Source: Octopus vulgaris | Lineage: Eukaryota | Direction: 5' to 3' | Assembly: GCA_951406725.2 (NCBI GenBank) | Contig: OX597829.1 | Coordinates: forward strand, 6,076,001-6,140,000 | DNA length: 64,000 nucleotides | In this document: positions 56,120-64,000 of the stretch, in pieces | Layout of the letters: the number at the start of each line of letters is the position of its first letter | Numbering within the stretch: the stretch's first letter is position 1 | Notes under the pieces: generated by a model | The model's database searches: none | What the model saw: only the letters and a program-made list of their open reading frames with translations | What the model was told of the DNA's origin: nothing | Made by a program: the position numbers and the translations under genes

Positions 56120-56510
56120 TACGCAGTCATGTGTGGTAAGAAGCTTCGATCCCGCTTCGTGTTAACTTGGGAAAATGTCTTCTACTATAGCTTTGCGCCG
56201 ACCAAAGCCTTGTGAATGGATTTAGTAAATCCATGTATGTATACATGTATGTATATATTTATGCGTGTGCCGTTGTGAGTGCGTGTGTATGTGTGTGTGA
56301 CTTTGTGTTTGTGTTTGCACCCCCATCGTCGATTGATAATTGCTGTCGGTGTGTTTACGTCTCCGTAAACTACCAGTTCGGCCAAAGAGACCGATATAAT
56401 AAGTACTCGGCTTAAAAAGAAAATAAGCTCAGGAGTCGATTCATTCGACTAAAACCCTTCAAGGTAGTACTCCAGCATGGCCACAGTCAAAAGGAAAAAG
56501 AAAAGAAAAA
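56120..56510 (+). mobile_element. tRNA-derived SINE, family A (old copy)
   Basis: GTCTTCTACTATAGC...CCGACCAAAGCCTTGTGAATGGATTT...CTCCAGCATGGCCACAGTC. Confidence 0.8.
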
Positions 56511-57283
56511 CATGAGTACATTAGTAAATATTTTTATAAACTGTAATTACAGCAAATTTATTAACTATTTCTTCATTTCTATTGGTTTGTGCGTTCATAT
56601 TGCAGGACGATGTACTTTGTTTCTTTTAAGTGAAACAGTTATATGTTTGGATTTCATCTTGATAGCCATTTCTATTGGACATGAACTACTAAGACGCCTG
56701 ACTCTACGACAACATTCCGTCTTTTATTGCACGCTTTCTTTACATACCTTATCTTCTCTCCCTGTCGCTTATCTTCCTACTTATTTAGGTTCATTATTTC
56801 AACCGTCTACCTTCGCAGTATTAAAAAAAAAAATGATCACCTCACACACATACAAATACACCTATGCACGCGCACATACCTGCATACTCACGCGCATACT
56901 CGTAAAGACGCACACACACACACGCACGCGCACAGAGGATTTATCTTATCAAACACTGTTCTGAGCAGCCAGTATCGGAAAAACTTCAAGATAAACACTC
57001 ACCATCGACAATAAATATTATTCTGACTCTACAATCAGTACCGAGTCCTATATTCAGAGGCTGTTTAGCTTAAGTAAATGCACAAATCTATAACTCAAGC
57101 AATACGTACAAGCATAAATTCATACCCCCCATACAAATATATATATAAATCCATATATATAAATATACATACACATCATATTATATTATCTTATCATAGA
57201 ATATCATATATTATATTGTATTATATTATATTATACACACATACACACGTAGATACACATTCATGCTCCATCGTCATATAAAT

Positions 57284-57323
<40 letters not shown>

Positions 57324-57537
57324 CCATTCACTTTCCTCTCATCGCACACCATTTATAGCAAACAACAAAATATAATGCTAAACCAACAAATTTTACAGAA
57401 TTTTAACTAAATTAAAGTAATATTAATTTTTCTGGTTTCGTTTTGGTTATGCTTTTATTTTCAGAACCGTGAGCACGAGTGAACATATGCTATTAAATGC
57501 AAACATCTATCCGTCAACCAGAGTGCCTACAGACACA

Positions 57538-57575
<38 letters not shown>

Positions 57576-57642
57576 ATATGAATGTGTGTATATATATATA
57601 TATACATATACACGCATATACACATATATACATAATATACAT

Positions 57643-57673
<31 letters not shown>

Positions 57674-57729
57674 CATACATACATACATATATACATACAT
57701 ACATATATATATACATATATGTCTGTTTG

Positions 57730-57768
<39 letters not shown>

Positions 57769-58997
57769 GTAGGTATAGATAGAGAGATTTACACACACAG
57801 TTATATATGCACAATGACAAATAGAAAGCAGCACAAAGGGAGAGAGAGGGAGCAAGAGAGAGAGAGAGAGAGAGAGAAAGGAGAGAGAGAGAGAGGGAGA
57901 GAGAAAGAGAAAGAGAGAGAGAGAGGAAACATTTCTCATTGCATGTCTTTGCAATACGGACATGCGACACGGAATGTTGAAAGCTGATAGAATTTTATCC
58001 TTTTCTTTTTAAATCTGTTCTGGAATTTGGTTGTGGATTACCATACGGAAAACACTGACAAAGTTACAGAAATTTTACATTCCGCTAATTGATTTTGGAT
58101 TGATTTTTATAAATAATATAATATGATATAATATAGTATAAAATTTATAACATAACATAGTAACATATAACATAATATATACTTTTATAATATATACTAG
58201 CGCATATAATATTTTATGACAAAATATACGTACATTATTATATGATATAAGGTAATATAATATGATATTAATTGATTTCCCAACTAGTATATTATAATAT
58301 AGCTAAATATAATTTTAATTACATTATATATATTAGCGCAATATATTTCAAATATTTTCATAGTAATGTTATACGATAAAAATACATTTCATATAATATA
58401 ATATAATATGATTACATTGAAATAAATATCTACGTGAAGACCTGAATATGGGATGTTTAGGTTCATTATGAATGAGATACAAAAATAAGTAAGTTATATG
58501 TATTGATTGAAATAAAAATTATCATAAATGGAAATGAAGAAAGAGTGATAATATTAAGAAAAGAAATATAAAACTTTGAAGTAACTGCCAAGCATGAAAG
58601 TGGATCATAATTGGTTATTTAGGTTATAGACGAATACAAAAGCAAATACTGTTCCGAGGGCTTTACTGCGAAAAGAACTGAACCATTTCATTGGAAGAAA
58701 CTCACAGATTGTCTAAAAAATGAGAACCCTGCAAAATAAACCAGCTGATGAGATTGTAATTGGCTGCACGATGCGGAAGATGCTATTGCTAAATGTGCCT
58801 CAATTACTAGTTCAATGTTTGATGAAAAAGCAAGGTCAGGTTCGAATAGTGTACACTTAGGTTTATCGACGTGGAACGCCTTCGACACTCCGTGCAATAA
58901 TGTTTTACAATGTCTAAGTAAGGCATCTACATGTAATCACATACGTAGATACAGATGTTCGTGCATCCATATTTACACACACAAACACACACACACA

Positions 58998-59050
<53 letters not shown>

Positions 59051-59052
<2 letters not shown>

Positions 59053-59454
59053 TCTTTTACTTGTTTCAGTCATTTGACTGCGGCCATGCTGGACCACCGC
59101 CTTTAGTCGAGCAAATCAACCCCGAGACTTATTCTTTGTAAGCCCAGTACTTATTCTATCGGTCTCTTTTTGCCGAACCGCTAAGTGACGGGGACGTAAA
59201 CACACCAGCATCGGTTGTCAAGCAATGCTAGGGGGACAAACACAGACACACAAACACACACACATACATACATATATGTATACATATATACGACAGGCTT
59301 CTTTCAGTTTCCGTCTACCAAATCCACTCGCAAAGCATTGGTCGGCCCGGGGCTATAGCAGAAGACACTTGCCCAAGATGCCACGCAGTGGGACTGAACC
59401 CAGAACCATGTGGTTGGTTAGGAAGCTACTTACCACACAGCCACTCCTGCGCCT
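59051..59454 (-). mobile_element. tRNA-derived SINE, family A (well preserved)
   Basis: Very similar to 18545-18960. Confidence 0.9.
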
Positions 59455-59674
59455 GAGAGAGAGAGAGAGAGAGAGATGGATAAGAAAGAGATATAGTTAG
59501 ATGTTTATATCTTGTGCATCACAGAACATACTTGTACTCTTACAAGTATGATTGAATATGGGAACACAATCGCTCATAAGCACATTCACAATTACACATA
59601 GATATACATGCATATATACTGAAAGATATATATGTACATATTCAATGATTTGAAAAGGAAAGGGTAATAACAAT

Positions 59675-59744
<70 letters not shown>

Positions 59745-59971
59745 TGCCCGGAAGAAGAATCAGAAAAGAAGTAAAAATACCTGTTTCTATTTTTTTTTCT
59801 TTTTACTAAGATCAAAAGACTACTCGAAGAAGAGAAATTTATGGTTCATGTTTTGTTAGCTAAGGGCAAACATTGTTAAATACTTTACATATCAATACTA
59901 GCAGATCTTAATATTCATGTAACACAAACTTATCATCTAGGATGTCACGTCGTAGACATTCCTTCTATACG

Positions 59972-60003
<32 letters not shown>

Positions 60004-60041
60004 TGTATGTATGTATGTATGTATGTATGTATGTATGTATG

Positions 60042-60104
<63 letters not shown>

Positions 60105-60172
60105 TATATCTGTCTGTCTGTCTCTCTCTCTCTCTCTTGCTCTCTCTCTCTCTCTATATATATATATACACA

Positions 60173-62626
60173 CAGTCATATCTCGCCTTAAGTCGTTCTC
60201 GATAATACGTCAGTTTTCAAAAATAATATTATTGAGAAATTATCAAGAAGTTATCAAGTTAAGTCATTTTGCTCGACTTTACGTCTGTCCGCCAGAAATA
60301 CTGGAATCGTAAAATCAATAGAAAACCGTTAAAAGCACATAAAACCATATTACTGGGCAACAAATAAGAATAAAAGCATATAAAATCATATGAAAACACG
60401 TTCAGTAAATGTTAAGACACAAACCATAAAGCAGTGTAGCTTAGTGAAAGAAATCATGAAATCAGCTGTGTTGTCTTGTTCATCGGTATTTTTGATCTCA
60501 TATTGCACTGTAGTTCCAATATTTACCGTTAGACGTCGTTGTCACTCGTGATTCCCGCGGTTTTTTTGAATTCAGATTTGTTTACGTCTGTTTATCGGCC
60601 CCAAAGAATATTCATAGTGAAAGTGCTAAGCGTCATGCTATAACGCTGGAAGATAAACTGGCTATGATAAAATGCCATGAAAAAGGTGAGCAATTGCAAG
60701 ATTTTTGGGGATGAGTCGGACAACTGTATCGATGATTGTACATAATAATAAGCACAAGATTTTAGCAGATGTCAAATCTGAAGTCCCAGGAATGAAGAAC
60801 ACTGTCATCAATAAGAAAAGAAGCAAAATCTTTGAAGAAATTGAAAGCCTTCTTTCTCTTTGGATTGTTAGGTTGAATCGTTAGTGTGCTACTATGAGTC
60901 AAAAAAATCATTCAAGAGAAAGCATCTTTGTTTGAAGACCTGAAGAAAAAAATATCCGGATGAGAAAGATGTAGAGTTCAAGGCAAGTCAAGGATGGTTC
61001 ATCAGATTTAGGGAGCGAAGAAGTTATCACTCCATTAAGAGGCAAGGCGAAAGTGCATCAGCTGACAAACAAGCAGCAGTGGAATTTCCTAATGCATTAA
61101 AGAAAATCAGAGAAGAGAACAGGTTTCTTCCCAAACAGATTTTTAACGTAGACGAAACTGGATTGTATTAAAAGAATTGCCAGACCATTCATTCATTTCC
61201 AAGGAGGAGAAAACTATTCCAAGCTAGAAGGTCTCAAAAGAAGGTGTGACCATTATGTACAGGAAATTTAAATTATAGCCATTGCTGGTGTATCATGCAC
61301 ACAAACCCCATGCCCTGAAGAACAGGCCCAAACAATATCTCCCTGTTGTACTGATGGCTAATTCAAAAGCACAGATTGCTTTTGAAGATTGGTTCAGAGA
61401 AGTACTTTAAGAAGACTGGGATTCCTTTTAAGATTTTACTTATTTTAGATAATACTCGTAGCCACCCGCAAAACATCGTAGATTGTGACCCCAACGTTAC
61501 CATCGTGTACCTCCCTCCGAACACCACGTCTCTTCTACAGCCAATGGATCAAGGAATAATTGCTATCTTCAAGCGTTACTACATGAAGCGTACGCAGCGG
61601 CAAGCAATAGCTGCCACTGATCTTGATGAGTCCATTACACTTCATCACTTTTGGAAGAGATACGATATCTACACGGCTGTACAAAACATTGCAGCGGCAT
61701 GAGATGATGTAGAGAGCACGGCTATGAATGGTGTATGGAAGAAGCTATGCCTGCAATTTCTGGATGATTTTAAAGGGGTTTGATAATGATGCCATCAACA
61801 AAACGTTGGTGACTAAGAGCAAAGAACTGGAAATGGATTTGGAAGAGGAGGATTTCACAGATTTATTGGAAAAAGACAAGCGGCCCCTGACAAACGAAGA
61901 TTTGATGGAGCTTCATGAGCAGCAAGATAAGGAGGAAGAAGAAGAAGAAGAAGAAGAAGAAGAAGAAGAAGAAGAAGAAGAAGAAGAAGAAGAAGAAGAA
62001 GAAGAAGAAGAAGAAGAAGAAGAAGAAGAAGAAGAAGAAGAAGAAGAAGAAGAAGAAGAAGAAGAAGAAGAAGAAGAAGAAGAAGAAGAAGAAGAAGAAG
62101 AAGAGGAAGTCGAGCCTGAGCCACATTACTTTACCATTAAGAAAATGCAGCAAGCATTAGCATGTATCGAAAAGTTCTTTATATGGATCCAAATGCTCAA
62201 TGCTTTCCCAAGATTATGGGGTCTTGTCACGAAGCTTTTGTTTCTTATAATATAATCCTTGAGGAAAGGAAGAAGACAGTTCAATGAACTCTCAACCGGT
62301 TTTTTAAACTGCATCGAACAATACAAACAACCAGAGTCAGCTGTTGATTCTGACGATCCACAGCCATCGACATCCGCGATGTAAACCTAAAAACTGTATG
62401 TACGTATTGGTAAATTCAAAATATTTTAGTTTTTTTACTATCAAAATAAATAATAATTACTGAATTTGTTATTTAAGCTTGAAATAGGTTTTTAGTATTG
62501 AAAATGCATTCATAAAAAAAATACAGAACTGGGAATGGTTATTATCAGTTCAGCCTAGAAACAACTTAATTCGACTTAAGTCGTGTCTCCTGCAAGCAAT
62601 TAATGACGTAGGGTGAGGTATGCCTA
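60173..62626 (+). mobile_element. Tigger/pogo DNA transposon, decayed
   Basis: Imperfect TIRs CAGTCATATCTCGCCTTAAGTC and reverse-complement TAGGCATACCTCACCCTACGTC. Motifs: HTH KRHAITLEDKLAMIK, FKASQGWF, QIFNVDETGLY, LILDNTRSHP, LPPNTTSLLQPMDQGII, and an acidic tail. Confidence 0.92.
61935..62102 (+). repeat. (GAA)n expansion inside the acidic C-terminal region of the Tigger transposase
   Basis: In frame as poly-Glu between HEQQDK and VEPEPHYF. Confidence 0.95.
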
Positions 62627-63089
62627 TATATATATGTATGTCCAAAATCATGCAGTGAGAGGAGTAGCAGAAAGGATAGTATAAGTGAAGGTGGGGGAGA
62701 GAAAATAGTAATTCAGGGAAAGAGAAGTAGTAAGAGTAATAGCCGTGACTAAAAGATTGTAATAGCAATGAAAGAGAAGAAGTGGCAAAGAGAACGCCGG
62801 TATTATATATGCTTGCAGAGGTTTCCCTATAAAATACGTTTAGTGGATACTCAGACGAATCATTTCAGAGGTGAAATGTTTTGTTTACATTTTACGAAGA
62901 TAATTTTCTCTAATATTTTGATTCCAATGTGTGTGTGTGTGATCATTTACAGTATACAGTGTTTGTTATCAGTTCACTGATAATTTTAGTTATCTGTACT
63001 CTCATAACTTATTTACGGTATATAGTGTTTGTTATCTATTCAGTGATACTCTTCCGTCTGCTGTGGAGAATGAAGCAGACAGAAGGCGA

Positions 63090-63302
63090 CTGTTAGTCCG
63101 AGAGAGAAAAAGGCAAAGAGCAGCCAGTTACACTCAGAGAGAACTGAATGCAAGAAGATTTTTTAAAAATAGAAGATTAAAAATTATATTATTAAATCAA
63201 TCACAAGGAAGGAGACAAGAGAGAGGAGCATAAGATGCAAGAGGACGGGCCCGAAGACGTCAAAATGAAAAGGAGAATCTCATTGCACAAAGGAGAGATA
63301 TC

Positions 63303-63376
<74 letters not shown>

Positions 63377-64000
63377 AGCACAAAAGCGCCAAGATGAAAC
63401 AGAACAGCAAACAGAAGAGAGGAGAGATCTAAGAAGGAGAGCATCGGGAAGGCGACAGGATGAAACGGAAGAGCAAGCGACACAAAGGAGAGAAATCGAA
63501 AGAGAGAGAACATCGCAAGAGCACCATGGTGAAACGGAAGAGCAAGCAGCAGAGAGGAGATAGGGCCCGAGAGAGAGAGAGGGAGAGAGAGGGAGAGAGA
63601 GTGTGAGAGAGAGGATGAGAGAGAGAGGGAGAGAGAAAGAGACAGAGACAGAGAGAGGGAGAGAGACACTAAGACTAGACAATGAAACTGAAGGAGAAGC
63701 AAATGTTCGCAGAGAGCGAATGAGGAGAAGAATGGAGGCATTAATTAATACTAAAACGGAAGAACGAAGAAATAACCGAAGGCATCCGGATGCGAATGCC
63801 ATGAGGATTGTGCGAAGAGCTGGAAATCAAGAAAATTTAGTAACTAATCATACTTATAATGAAGAGAATGTTCAGGTTCATAACTGTGGTGACATGAACA
63901 TGCTGTATAAGTTTTGTAGAGCCAAACATTTTACTTTAGAGCGACCATCAGACGGATGCTTTAACAGCTACTGTCATAAAGGGAGAGTAGTGCCTCCAGT
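63090..64000 (+). pseudogene. N-terminal part of a Helitron Rep/helicase ORF (decayed; continues beyond the window)
   Basis: Arg/Glu-rich ETEEQ-type repeats followed by HNCGDMNMLYKFCRAKHFTLERPSDGCFNSYCHKGRVVPP, matching the Helitron N-terminal zinc-finger pattern MN..C..C.A.HF..E......F..CC..GKV.LP. Confidence 0.75.

Noticed and set aside
58720-58960. Open frame MRTLQNKPADGDCNWLHDAEDAIAKC... as a host exon
   Set aside because: No recognisable domain or convincing splice-site pair, and it runs into microsatellite.

Overview
AT-rich eukaryotic intergenic or intronic DNA packed with microsatellites and transposable-element relics. The SINE families and repeat landscape suggest an octopus or other coleoid cephalopod genome (inference). 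No intact host protein-coding gene is visible, and most ORFs in the track are microsatellite read-through. Main content: (1) six copies of a Tx1/L1-type non-LTR retrotransposon, all on the + strand and all docked in (TATC)n arrays, including a head-to-tail trimer and a 5'-complete copy (ORF1 + APE-RT ORF2), which points to a GATA-repeat-specific retroelement; (2) a Penelope-like element (RT + GIY-YIG) with long inverted terminal arms; (3) at least eight hammerhead-ribozyme-like motifs, two with intact conserved cores and some with unusually long stem II, in small relics sitting mostly in (TA)n tracts; (4) decayed mariner, Tigger/pogo, Helitron, Harbinger-like, Academ-like and CRE-like elements; (5) about a dozen tRNA-derived SINEs. 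All calls are from reading the sequence by eye; no searches were run and boundaries are approximate.
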